A DNA stretch of 64,000 nucleotides. Source: Paraphysomonas bandaiensis. Taxonomy: Eukaryota; Protista; Chrysophyceae. The notes below the pieces were generated by a model. It ran no database searches. It saw only the letters and a list, made by a program, of their open reading frames with translations, and was not told where the DNA came from. This document shows positions 22,820-35,086 of this stretch, piece by piece. The stretch lies in NCBI GenBank assembly GCA_965644295.1, contig CBFFRP010000419.1, positions 1-64,000 on the forward strand. Reading direction: 5' to 3'. Both the position numbers and the translations under genes were made by a program. Every line of letters starts with the position of its first letter. Within the stretch, counting starts at the first letter, position 1.

Positions 22820-23383
22820 ATAGGTTGTAGCTAATGATAAGATAGGGATGTCTTTAAGCTAATAGTTAAGAGAAGTTGCAAAATAATGTGTCTCCTGAAT
22901 CCGCAAGGTATTCATCTTTATTTGAACAAAATATGTCATACTTAGAGCAGAGGTCGTATATCTACCTTTTACATACAGAAGTAGCTATCTCATTTAAATG
23001 CAAAGGAGTGCAAGCTTACACAGTATGATTCCAGTGTAAGTCAACAATATATGTAAATACATTGCTGGTCCCAATGTGTCTCTATATAGAGTACTGAATC
23101 CCAGAATATCAATATTATATATTGCTACCGATTATAGCTATAGAACATGCCATCATATATGATATTAGAATTTAGCATATCAACCCTTGAAGTGGCAAAG
23201 CTAAACGCAGTCAAGCAGAGCATACTATTTCTCATTATTCAATTTGCTATAATAAATTTTAAAATTGGAGGTTTTAAACACTTCATTAACTGAACTTGAT
23301 TCACTCAATGTATGCTAGAGTTAGAGTAAGAGGAATTCCGAATTTCCGAATGTCTAGTATCCAGTAGTGAATGTCTGATTATT

Positions 23384-23795
23384 GGCAATAGGCGTGTAAG
23401 AGTCCGAACGAATTTGGCAAAACAATTTAACTGCTTAACTCTGATATCCTAATTATCGACAGCTGCATGTGCGTCACTGCAAGCACCAAGGTGCAACCCC
23501 TTTCGCTCTATCACTCAAAACACACGCAGTGAGCAAGAAGAATGTTGATATACCTGGCATCTGATGACTTCAGGACTTTCGAGTCCTTAAGAAGGTGAGC
23601 AGCCCGGATGCTTGACTTCAACAGGCAGTCCAAAACCCCGGTTACCCTAGAGGTGGGGCTTGTCTCGGATGCCTGTTATTTCGTCAAGGCCCAAAGACGT
23701 CAACACAAGCATATATGTGGCTATGTATGTGAGTAGACAGAGAACTATTTCATGACGATATATTCGGCTCACGTTAGTTTTCCGGAGAGAAAGGT
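23384..23795 (-). repeat. SINE-like structured repeat, copy 1 (body + tail)
   Basis: Colinear similarity to 55245-55735. Inverted similarity to 24218-24368, 23978-24085 and 25107-25258. Confidence 0.75.
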
Positions 23796-23977
23796 ATAGT
23801 GGTGTTCTGCAAAATAAGTACTGGAGATATATCTCCGGAAGTCAATGTAAACCGCACAATGTAAATTTTTTTAACATAACAATGTTACTTTTAGTATCCA
23901 CCAACAAAACCTGGCAAAACCACTTTACCAGGTTTGGGCATCACATCGAATTTATATCGTCAGCAGGTATCCGAAAA

Positions 23978-24085
23978 GGGCCTACCTCAAGGGTAACTGG
24001 GGTTTTAGACTGCCTGTAGAAGGTCAAGCATCCGGGCTCTTTACCTTGGACTTTAAAGTCCTGATGTCAGCAGCTGTCAGGTATA
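23978..24085 (+). repeat. Partial copy of the repeat body
   Basis: CCTCAAGGGTAAC..GGGG..GACTGCCTGT..GTCAAGCATCCGGGCT..GGACT....AGTCCTGA matches 24218-24330. Confidence 0.8.
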
Positions 24086-24217
24086 AAGTCTGTGTGATAG
24101 TGATTTCACCAGGTTTAATATTATATTATATGGAAAAGTGTCATGTGTATATGGAAAAGACTTATTTGAAGACTATATGTTATCGTCAATGTATGTTTTC
24201 ACCTCAATGTTGTAAAT

Positions 24218-24368
24218 GGGCCCACCTCAAGGGTAACCGGGGTATTGGACTGCCTGTTGAAGTCAAGCATCCGGGCTGCTCACCTTCTTAGGACTCGAAA
24301 GTCCTGAAGTCATCAAATGCCAGGTACATCAAAATTCTTCTTGCTCACTGCGTGTGCTTTGAGTGAGT
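24218..24368 (+). repeat. Copy of the repeat body (near-perfect inverted repeat of 23511-23657)
   Basis: Direct reverse-complement match over about 150 bp. Confidence 0.85.
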
Positions 24369-24374
24369 GTGCTA

Positions 24375-25106
24375 GTCTTATTTTATTAGCAGTAGGCGTC
24401 AAGAACCAACACCAGATAAGTAGTCAAGCTAGATCGACCTTTACCTGTAACTAACAAGCACAAAGTCTTATGTATTCTACTATGTAACGCTACAGAATCA
24501 GCTTGTGCGTCTCCGCAAGCACGAAGGTGCGACCACTTCCGTTCTTGTGTGTTAGGGAGAAGCTCTGTGAACGTTGATCCTCCTTGAAATACAGTAGGAT
24601 CAGTCAGACTGACAGGGGGACGCCCTTTAGGGTATAGAGGTCCCCTCAGGACTTTGTGGAGGAGGATTCTGTGGAGTGTTCTTAACCTAAGATACATCGA
24701 CGAGGGGGTAGATCGGGGCGCTCCAGCTGCGACTTGGGCCTGGGACAGAGGAGTAGCTAATGGAGTTGGTATCGTGGAGGCGGAGGTGATGGAAGAGAAG
24801 ACGACCGGAGGGGCTCTTGAGGTCTCCGTTTTTTACACGTAGTAAGCGTAGTGCTGGGTGTTGCTCGATTTATATCGGCTCTGGGAGAAAACTGCCGACT
24901 CCGCCATGTTCTGCTTCGTATGTTGCTTTGTGTGTGTCGACGTCGCTGACGCGGTCTAGGGGGAGTTGATGTAGGGTTGACAGCAGCATGACGCTCACTA
25001 CGATCTTGGAGCATTTGTGTGGCTGAAGCGGAAAGCGGTTGGAGGAGGGTAACAACTGCTTTATCAATGGCATGTAGTCTACGCGAATTGAGGGAGCAAT
25101 TGTACT
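24375..25106 (-). mobile_element. Putative 3' fragment of a non-LTR retrotransposon ending in the shared tail motif
   Basis: Arg/Pro-rich ORF remnant (24757-25014), then a UTR ending GCACCTTCGTGC...GACGCCTACTGCTAATAAAATAA on the minus strand. Confidence 0.45.
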
Positions 25107-25258
25107 GTTTGAGTTATAGAGCGGAAATGTTTGCACCTTGGTGCTTGCAGTGACTTCAGTAGAGGGTTAAATAGTAGGATATCAGTGTTCAGAACTAGTT
25201 AGTTGTGTACCAATTCTAAATTCGTCCTGACTCTTAAACGCCTATTGCTAAGTAAAAA
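25107..25258 (+). repeat. Tail-only copy of the repeat family
   Basis: TTGCACCTTGGTGCTTGCAGTGAC...ACGCCTATTGCTAAGTAAAAA, the reverse complement of 23384-23520. Confidence 0.8.
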
Positions 25259-25836
25259 CATTATGCAAACGTGGGAATTTTAGAATATTTTAGGAAAAAC
25301 TAGGAGAATTTTCAGTATTTAAGTAAAGATGCTAGAAAAGGTTATTCTGTTTGTAGAATAGTAAACAGAAATACAACAAAATATATTAATTTTATTAAGT
25401 CTTAAAGAGGCTAATCGAATAGTAATAGTAAGACATGTATTTTCACTTCCAAGACTAACATTACTCACTGCCTTTCAGCATTTCTTAAGAAAACAGACTG
25501 TCTCTAGAATACACTTGGAGGGAATGGCGATGCCTTTTAATAGAAGTAAAGGCTATAAGCAAATTGAAATTATCAAGGGGAAAAGCCCCTTGGGGGTTTG
25601 GGGGGTAAAAAGGGCTCGCCTCTCCATCCCCCTGTCTTTTACTCTGTTTATAACTGTGTCATTCATATTAGTGGTATCGAATGTGGCACATATTTTCTTT
25701 AAATATCTATTATTACAGTAGCACATAGCTAAGCTCTAGAAATAAAATACAATTATAGATTGACATCTACCCCTTGACTGTGTAAACCCCCCGCAGCCAC
25801 AACAGTAGGGTTAACTTGTAATGAGTAGCATTATTA

Positions 25837-27472
25837 CTATTTATTAGAAACACAAAATTCTTCAAGGACATCCAACGGCCATATAGGCCTCCTAACGTGT
25901 TCATATAAATCACCTCCACCCTTCAGTACTACGCTCCCTAAGCCTCCGCCGTCTACGGTGACAACCTGACGACTTAAAGGCTCGAAGTGAGCCCTGAAGT
26001 GATGCTTTGATTTTAGAGCAATGGTGCGGCAGCGACTAAGATCGCACCTGATTAAACGACGCAATTATATCAACGGCAGTACCAGACATTAGCACTTACC
26101 CCATAGATGTCAACTGAGCTGTGTCAAAGGCTTGCCCATTATTACTAGTCACACATATATCCACGTTAGAATTGACCGTGAATCGCATACATCTGCCGGT
26201 AGGGGCAATATGAACAGCCATTGGCCCACAAGGGGGTGAAGGATTGTCCGGGCTGTATTCTGGCGATTCGCCGAGGAAGTTCACTACACCTGTTACTTCC
26301 AGCGGTCCACCCCCCAAATGTGGGGCTTTCCGTCCTCCCATCATAATCTTTCCCGTTCCTCCGATTCCAATTGCCTCCCCCTGCTTCACTGCTTCTGGAT
26401 CACAGATAGCAAAGAATGCAACTGGTCGGGATAAACCTGCAGACAAAAGAGCTGATAGTAGGGCAGTTGTATCGCCATAGTGTCCGCTTCCAGGGTTGTC
26501 TGACACGTCCGCCAAAACAAGGGGCCCAGATGAGCCACCATTCTGGTCATCATTTTCCGTACTCTGTGCGAGAGCAACCGCATCTGACACAGACATTATA
26601 TCCAGGCTGCAAAATTCTCGGGTTTCCCATATATATTGACCAAGCGAATCAGCTAAGGTCTGAGCCCGTTGCTTTTCACAAGACTCATCTTCCTCTGTCT
26701 TGCACGTAGACAGGTTCACTGTGACAGTAACACTAGGACCAATTTCATATATATCAGACGCAGTAAAACCTGCACACACACTCACAACAAGTGCCGTTCC
26801 ATCATCTTCCATAGTCTGCCCACGACGAATTAGTTCCACCATAGGTCCCTGCTGTGTACGCCCCCCATCACACCCGCCTATGATTGGCAGCTTACAAAGA
26901 GATGTATAGAGACGCACCTCTCCTAACATGCAACGCTGAAGCAAATCACCTGCTTGTATTGCCCGTTCATAGAAATCAATATGCGGGTAGGTACGTACAG
27001 CAATAAGTGCATCCGAGTTCTCTACCATCTTCTTTGTGATATTACCATGCAAGTCAAGTGTTGCAATGATTGGTACATATCTCCCCACTGCATCTCTTAT
27101 ACGCCTTAAGATCTCCCCCTCAACATCCTCATAGCTCATTGATACCATCGCTCCATGTAAATGCAAAACCACTCCATCAATGTCTTGTTTATGGATCTCT
27201 TGCAACAGACGATCGATGACAAGGTTCACTACACTGTCCTCAACTCGACCAGAGGGATTGGCAGATAATCCAATCACTGGTCTTAAATTCCAATTGTAGC
27301 GTTTTGATTGGTTAATAGTCGCAGCTAATGAGGAGCGTGTGTTTGTGTGTTTGTCATAGATAGAAGAAGCAGTGTCGCAGTAGGAGTGCTGTTGGAAGTT
27401 CAGGAGGGTGGTAGGAGTGGGAAGGAATGTGTTTGTTTCGTGAGAAAATTCGGCGGTGAGAACTTGTTTCAT
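25837..27472 (-). CDS. mlrC: MlrC-family (peptidase M81) metallopeptidase; 2 exons
   Basis: FSHETNTF, LHLHGAMV, TLDLHGN, YPHID, DNPGSG, and C-terminal ALKSKHHFRAHF...RRPIWPLD. One GT-AG intron at about 26049-26098. Confidence 0.9.
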
Positions 27473-27517
27473 TATAGAGATACAGTCGCAAGAAATGACA
27501 ATGACACACTGCGTATA

Positions 27518-28555
27518 GTATGTATGTATGTATGTATGTATGTATGTATGTATGTATGTATGTATGTATGTATGTATGTATGTATGTATGTATGTATGTA
27601 TGTTTGTATGTATGTATGTATGTATGTATGTATGTATTTATGTATGTATGTATGTTTGTATGTATGTATGTATGTATGTATGTATGTATGTATGTATGTA
27701 TGTATGTATGTATGTATGTATGTATGTATGTATGTATGTATGTATGTATGTATGTATGTATGTATGTATGTATGTATGTATGTATGTATGTATGTATGTA
27801 TGTATGTATGTATGTATGTATGTATGTATGTATGTATGTATGTATGTATGTATGTATGTATGTATGTATGTATGTATGTATGTATGTATGTATGTATGTA
27901 TGTATGTATGTATGTATGTATGTATGTATGTATGTATGTATGTATGTATGTATGTATGTATGTATGTATGTATGTATGTATGTATGTATGTATGTATGTA
28001 TGTATGTATGTATGTATGTATGTATGTATGTATGTATGTATGTATGTATGTATGTATGTATGTATGTATGTATGTATGTATGTATGTATGTATGTATGTA
28101 TGTATGTATGTATGTATGTATGTATGTATGTATGTATGTATGTATGTATGTATGTATGTATGTATGTATGTATGTATGTATGTATGTATTTATGTATGTA
28201 TGTATGTATGTATGTATGTATGTATGTATGTATGTATGTATGTATGTATGTATGTATGTATGTATGTATGTATGTATGTATGTATGTATGTATGTATGTA
28301 TGTATGTATGTATGTATGTATGTATGTATGTATGTATGTATGTATGTATGTATGTATGTATGTATGTATGTATGTATGTATGTATGTATGTATGTATGTA
28401 TGTATGTATGTATGTATGTATGTATGTATGTATGTATGTATGTATGTATGTATGTATGTATGTATGTATGTATGTATGTATGTATGTATGTATGTATGTA
28501 TGTATGTATGTATGTATGTATGTATGTATGTATGTATGTATGTATGTATGTATGT
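27518..28555. repeat. (TATG)n microsatellite, ~1.04 kb
   Basis: Near-perfect tetranucleotide array with 4 point variants. Confidence 0.99.
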
Positions 28556-28633
28556 GTATATGGATATGGTATCTATGGTATGGTATGTTGGTCTTGTCAT
28601 TATTAACACTATCATATCAAATCACTTAACCAA

Positions 28634-30960
28634 ATGACCGACCACTCCCCAACCTTCTCTCATCCAAACTACATTCTCCTAGACAATGAACGCATTGTTC
28701 GTCGTGCTCAAACCACTTCCCCCCCTTCTCTCTCAGAGGAACAAGAGCTCCTTACAGCTACTGCTCAATACATACACAACACCCTCATAAACCACATGAA
28801 CTTTGAAGAGATTCTAATACCAGATGACGAATCAGAGATATCTACTTCAATATTAGTTACAAATGATTGGCAAACGAACACTAGACTGCTGCTGGTGATA
28901 CAGAATGCAGTGGGATCCCTGATGGGAATATTCAGTAGAACACTATGCTTAGAACAAGGGCTATCAAAGGGGTCCATGTTACCTTATATTAAACATGCTA
29001 GACGGGCTGGATATGCTGTGATGATACTTCGACCCAATACGAATAGTGTGTCAGTGCAAGAGGATCCGACATTACCTCCAAAGAAGGTACCTATTAATGG
29101 ATCGGAGTCACCTGAGATGCATGCGCTGTTTGTTTGGAATAATATCATATCGAAAGCTGATAATATTGAACAAATTGCTCTGTTGAGTTATGGAAATGGT
29201 GCGAGTCTGTGCAAGGACATCATTATCCGTCAGATGGTGCGGTCTCGGGAAGACGAGATGGATGTCAATAGAATTGTTGCCTTCTGTGCTATAGAGGCCA
29301 GCCTCATAGTCGAAGATGATGATGCTGCGGACTTTAAAAAGTTTTTGAAAACGATGGCTGTGAACATGGAGCAAAGTGTTATTTCTCGTGGATATCGACT
29401 CAAGTACCGTACGGAAAAGCTCGGGTGCGTAACACTCTCTCTGGGTTTACCGCCTGGCTTCGACCCGGAATCAATACAGAATGTTGCAACTAGCATCCCG
29501 TTAGCGCTGGATCCAGTCTTTAAATATCTCGATATGGCATTTAGTAGCGTGCGGAACCTGGCAGTGTCTTACAGTGCCGCTGTGGCATCTGATGAGGGTC
29601 TCGATCCAAGTCAAGCAGAGGTTTCCGTTGCTCCTGATGCCCCGACTTCCGATGTGATTGCAGACAGCGGAGAACCGAGTCAGCCTAAAGTAGGAATATT
29701 TTCCCGTCTTCTCGGACGGAAGCCTGCAGCTGCTCCTTCGCCTGAGACTCCTGTGGGTATTCCACGCGCGCAACAGGGTAAACGGACATCTGCTTCTGAT
29801 ATCAATATTGGATCTGAACTCGAAGAGACTCTCACTGTCTCAGATTTTGATCTATTGAAAGTTGTTGGAAAGGGGGCATTTGGCAAAGTAATGCTTGTAC
29901 GCAAGAAGTCTAACAAAGGAGCTGGACAGATTTACGCAATGAAGGTCCTCAAGAAGAGTGTGATATCCGCTAAAGGTCAGATTGAACACACGAAGAGTGA
30001 GCGGTCGATATTATGTGAGATCAAGCATCCATACATCGTACGCCTGCGATTTGCGTTTCAGAGTGAGGATAAACTTTATCTAGTGACTGACTACTATAAT
30101 GGAGGGTCTTTATTCTACCACCTTCGGAAGAGTAGAGTTTTCTCGGAGGAGCGGGCCAGATTTTACGCTGCAGAGCTACTGTCGGCCTTACACCACCTTC
30201 ATCAACAACATATTATATACAGGTGAGTGTACATGCTTATGTGGTGAGTATATATATGCTTAACTCCAGGCTTTGTATACAGAGACCTGAAGCTAGAGAA
30301 TGTATTGATGGATAACATGGGCCATATTGCACTCACAGACTTCGGACTCTCAAAGCAGAACATTGACCTAACTGGGGGTGCCACAACGTTTTGCGGCACG
30401 GCTGAATATATCGCCCCTGAATTGCTGAAAGGACAAAAGTACGGTGCCCCTGTAGACTGGTGGAGCTTCGGTATCCTCCTGTTTGAGATGATGCATGGTC
30501 GTACGCCATTCTACGACAAGAATAGAAAGGTATAGCGATCTATATTACCACCGTTTCCTCATATTTTGCTGTGGTGTGCTTGCCCCAGCTTATGTTCTAC
30601 CGCATCATCAACACTGCACCAAGCTTTCCTCCGCAGTTCTCCATCGAGGCATGTGACTGTATCCGCTCTTTGCTGAACGTATCAGAGCAGGATCGTCTCG
30701 GATCTGGTCCCAGAGGTGCACGTGACATCATGGAGACAGCGTTTTTTTCGCCCATTGACTTTGAGGCACTTATTCGTCGCGAACTGATACCACCTTTCCG
30801 TCCAGATGTTGTAAACGAGTTTGATACCAAGTATGTACCAAAGACATACCTACAAGCCGAGGCGCGCGACTCTGTGGTTGAAAATAAGAAGGGCGAGGTT
30901 AACCCCAACTTCGAGGCGTTTACTTTCCGAGGGGATAGCGCACTAGATGACGAAAAATAA
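28634..30960 (+). CDS. AGC-family (Akt/SGK/S6K-like) kinase with N-terminal Arb2/FAM172-like domain; 3 exons
   Basis: [37 protein letters not shown], and hydrophobic motif FEAFTF. The N-terminus has [30 protein letters not shown]. Confidence 0.9.
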
Positions 30961-31404
30961 CCACACTATGTTATTCGTATGTATGAAAATATATATTGAG
31001 ATAAGTTTATGTGAAATGGTCTATGTGTTGGGTGAATTATATCAAGATGTCAGAAGTATCAACAATGTGTGTTGAATGCGGCTATATTAAAGCAACACTG
31101 GATTAATTTAATGACAATAATAATAAGTATTGAAGCTGTTGTATTTTCTTATATACTTTCGAGTTCGGCTAGTCCTTAAGAGAAGCTACGCCCTACACAT
31201 TTATTCAATGTCAGGATTATTTTGACATTAAGGAACCCAATTCAGAACCCTTCATTGCGGTTGATATTTATGACCTCATCACAGGTGATAATGTACTCAA
31301 GTCCATTCCCATACAAATCACAATTTTTATAACATAAAGTGAGAACTCGAGACACATATGTAACGCTACAAGCTACCATACACAAAAAGAACACAAAGCT
31401 TATG

Positions 31405-34097
31405 CTAGCTCCTTCTACCACTACCGTTTATTTTATGTTTACGCTGCCCGTTTCTTAATTTCTGAGAGTTACCAGGCTGAGGCTTAACAAAACTCTCAAA
31501 GGCTCCACGAACAATATCCTGTCGCTTCAAAACAGTGCGCACCTTAGTGCTATCACAAGGGAAATGAGTCGCTACGTCGCGGTTCTCTTCCCATCCGAAT
31601 AGCTTATCACTCTTGTCAGAAACCATCACTTTTAACCCTCCTGGAGGAATCCACGGTGCTCCTGTTGCAACGATCTGGTTTAGCTCTGTGGCAGAGCGGA
31701 CTGAGCTCTCAGATACTTGAACAGGAGATGTATTCAACGAGGACAGACTTGACCCAAGCTGCTCTAGAGTGGGTTTGTACCGACTCCTCACAAACAACTC
31801 CGGGACTTCTGTATCTACAGAGGGAATAGAACGAGATAAATGCGAGAATTCTTTGTCATAAAACACATTAGGGGGGCATGTTTTAGCCTTCATCGAAGTG
31901 TCCTTGGTTGTGCTGTCGACCCCTGTCAAAAAAAACGCATCATCTGCACTTCCCGCTACCGTCACGCCTTTTGAGGGTCGCGTTGACTTCTGTTGCCCCT
32001 CCTTTACAGGCAACAGATTACCACTCGATTCAGATGCCCCAACAGTGCGTATAAATTTGCTTGCTTCATCTTTAATTTTTTTCTCTCTGAGAGTGAGTGA
32101 AATGTTTTCCCCTGTAGTCATGGTCTCAGCCAGAATTTCCACAATGTCCACATTCGACTCGACAGGGGTGCGCTCAGGAAGTATGGGATTCTTGCCCCTT
32201 TTCAATTCGGGGAGGTACTCAGCAGGTTTGTACTTAGCCCTTGCTGCAGCGACTTGTTTGTTCACTTCCTGCTTCGCAGAGAGAGGTATTTTCTTTTTCC
32301 GGATAACATGCGTCCTGTAGGGGTGCCACCCAGCAGACGATCCATCTGTTGCCTCCCGCTCTTTTCCATCGTACCACAGCATTGCTTGGCGCTTATCTGG
32401 ATTTTCCTCTAGACGCAAGTCAAGGCCCAGAAGATTACTGGGGTTGGCCGGAATAAGTGGGGCTTTGCTTTGTATAGATAGTGCTCTGATTCCGATAGAT
32501 GACGCCGACGAAATATCGCTTGTGAGGCTGCGCTCGTCATCCTCGTCGTGTGCTTTAAGCGCAGAGACATCTCTACCACTCATCAAAGAGATACTATCGT
32601 TCAATTCCAAAAATGGCTTAGAGTCTGAATTTACTCTTTTACTAGCCCTCGATCCCCCGCCGCTATTGGATCGGGCAATGGGGATGGTTCCACGCGAAGA
32701 GAACAGACTCAATCGGTCCCTGCGCGGAACAGACATTGTGCGTTCCCTCTTCCCCGTCGAAAACTTTGGAGAAGACTCCTGCGAGATGGAAATTACAGTA
32801 CTGATCCAGTCCTTCAAATCAATACTAAGTGGTCCCTTGCCGCGGGACATATGCGGATTATCAGGAGAACGTCTGGACGCCCGATACTTTCCCTGGTCTC
32901 GATACCTGCTTACTACCGGTTCGTGGGAAACGTTCGCCGTGGAATGTGCGCGCCCATGAACGGTGGGAAGTACAGGATTATCTATACGCTTGGCTCTTGA
33001 AAGAGAAGGGCTCTGTGGTGAATCTCCGCTTGAACGGCTCCGAGGACGAATAACAACCTCACCGCTGTTCATACGGGTAGTGCGGTGAGTACTACCAGCA
33101 GTACTATCGGTGTATTCAGACCCATCCTCACTCAACATGTCTGTAATCACAGGGGGCCGCTCATTCAGATCATCCGGTGTGCTCGCTCTGCTTTTATCAC
33201 GATCAATATTGGACTTGGCAATATTCAAAATATCAAAGAAGTCCTTTACATTCTCTTCTTTGTGCAATGCTCCTGCTCGCCTTGCAGCAAGTCGCTTTTG
33301 AACCTATTCTTCACTTAATCGACTGCAGCCATCATATATATCATAGTAACGTACCTCGGGGCGCAACTTAGTGCTTGTCAGCCATTCGTTTTTTACACGA
33401 ATATTTGCTCGACTTTGTTTATCTTGAGAGAATTTCGCCAAAATGTCTTGCTCGCTTTGAACTGCAGTAATGCACTCCACAGCCTTCTTTGACCTTAGCT
33501 TTGGAGGAAAAGCTTTCACATCAACTACACTAGCCAGTAATGCCCAAGCAAAGGCAGCATAATATTTAGGATTCACCATATCAGCCCATGTTTCTATATA
33601 GGCAACATAAATCACAGATTATCTATATATAAGATGCATATATCGCCATACAGTAACTTACCGATTAACTCTGATAACATATCATAGAAAGTAATTTCAT
33701 TAACTTCCCCATGAACTGCAACATCATATGCATAATCTGCATATGCACATTCACGTGATTCTTCATCATTTATAGCATCACCCATCAGAGCTTTCTGTAA
33801 TAACATGTTGAATCGTATGTATGCCTCTTTGGAGAGATAACCATAAGAAGCATCCGGTGAGATGACTAACCAAAACATTGTAAAGATTTCTTTTAGTTCA
33901 TTATTTGATGCTAATGATTGTCTTCTACGTTGAATTTCATTAGGATCCAGTGTAGTAGGCTCTAATTCAGCCATTGTTTTAGTTAGTGTGTGATGAGCTG
34001 ATTGAATCTCTTCGAGCTCGTCTGGGGAGAGATTTCCGTATTTGATCATGAATTTAGTCATCATCCATGCTTTCTTGACTTCCTGTCTGGCTTGCAT
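31405..34097 (-). CDS. Hypothetical protein (EF-hand-like N-terminus, long Ser/Arg-rich C-terminus); multi-exon
   Basis: Three successive minus-strand ORFs separated by short intron-like gaps. Confidence 0.65.
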
Positions 34098-34371
34098 GGT
34101 GTGTGAGGTGGGATTATAGTGTGTATGTATGTGTATATATGTATGTGTGGATATATATATAGAACTATACGTAGAGGGAATACATATGGAACTATAGAGT
34201 ATACAGTATACTGCTATAAGAGGAGATGTGTGTTGATATCATGCGCTGATTATATGGGCTTCATAGGAACTACACTCCTCATATGATAGAAGTATATATA
34301 TAGGGACTCACTTCCACTTCATATGCCCTCAATACCTATACTTAAGTATGTGAAACGACAGATATATAATG

Positions 34372-34959
34372 CATACATACATACATACATACATACATAC
34401 ATACATACATACATACATACATACATACATACATACATACATACATACATACATACATACATACATACATACATACATACATACATACATACATACATAC
34501 ATACATACATACATACATACATACATACATACATACATACATACATACATACATACATACATACATACATACATACATACATACATACATACATACATAC
34601 ATACATACATACATACATACATAGTACATACATACATACATACATACATACATACATACATACATACATACATACATACATACATACATACATACATACA
34701 TACATACATACATACATACATACATACATACATACATACATAGTACATACATACATACATACATACATACATACATACATACATACATACATACATACAT
34801 ACATACATACATACATACATACATACATACATACATACATACATACATACATACATACATAGTACATACATACATACATACATACATACATACATACATA
34901 CATACATACATACATACATACATACATACATACATACATAGTACATACATACATACATA
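34372..34959. repeat. (CATA)n microsatellite with periodic GTA interruptions
   Basis: Tetranucleotide array with interruptions at 34624, 34743, 34862 and 34941. Confidence 0.99.
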
Positions 34960-35086
34960 TACTGTGGTATGGATATGCTGGGCTTATATCAGTACTGTAG
35001 TGTATAGAGGGTACATGTATGTAGAGGGTATCTCATCTGTGTGGATATCATAATATCAAACCACTCCCATTCACATACCACACAAC

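Noticed and set aside
23555-23615. Hammerhead ribozyme suggested by CTGATGA followed by a stem-loop
   Set aside because: No GAAA after stem II, and CTGATGA is not conserved in other copies (CTGCTGA, TTGATGA).
25575-25640. G-rich GGGGAAAAGCCCC hairpin resembling a transposon end
   Set aside because: Single occurrence with no partner end or associated ORF.
27347-28637. Long MYVC/YIHT-repeat ORFs
   Set aside because: Translation artefacts of the stop-free (TATG)n array.
34319-34958. Repeat ORFs on both strands
   Set aside because: Same microsatellite artefact.
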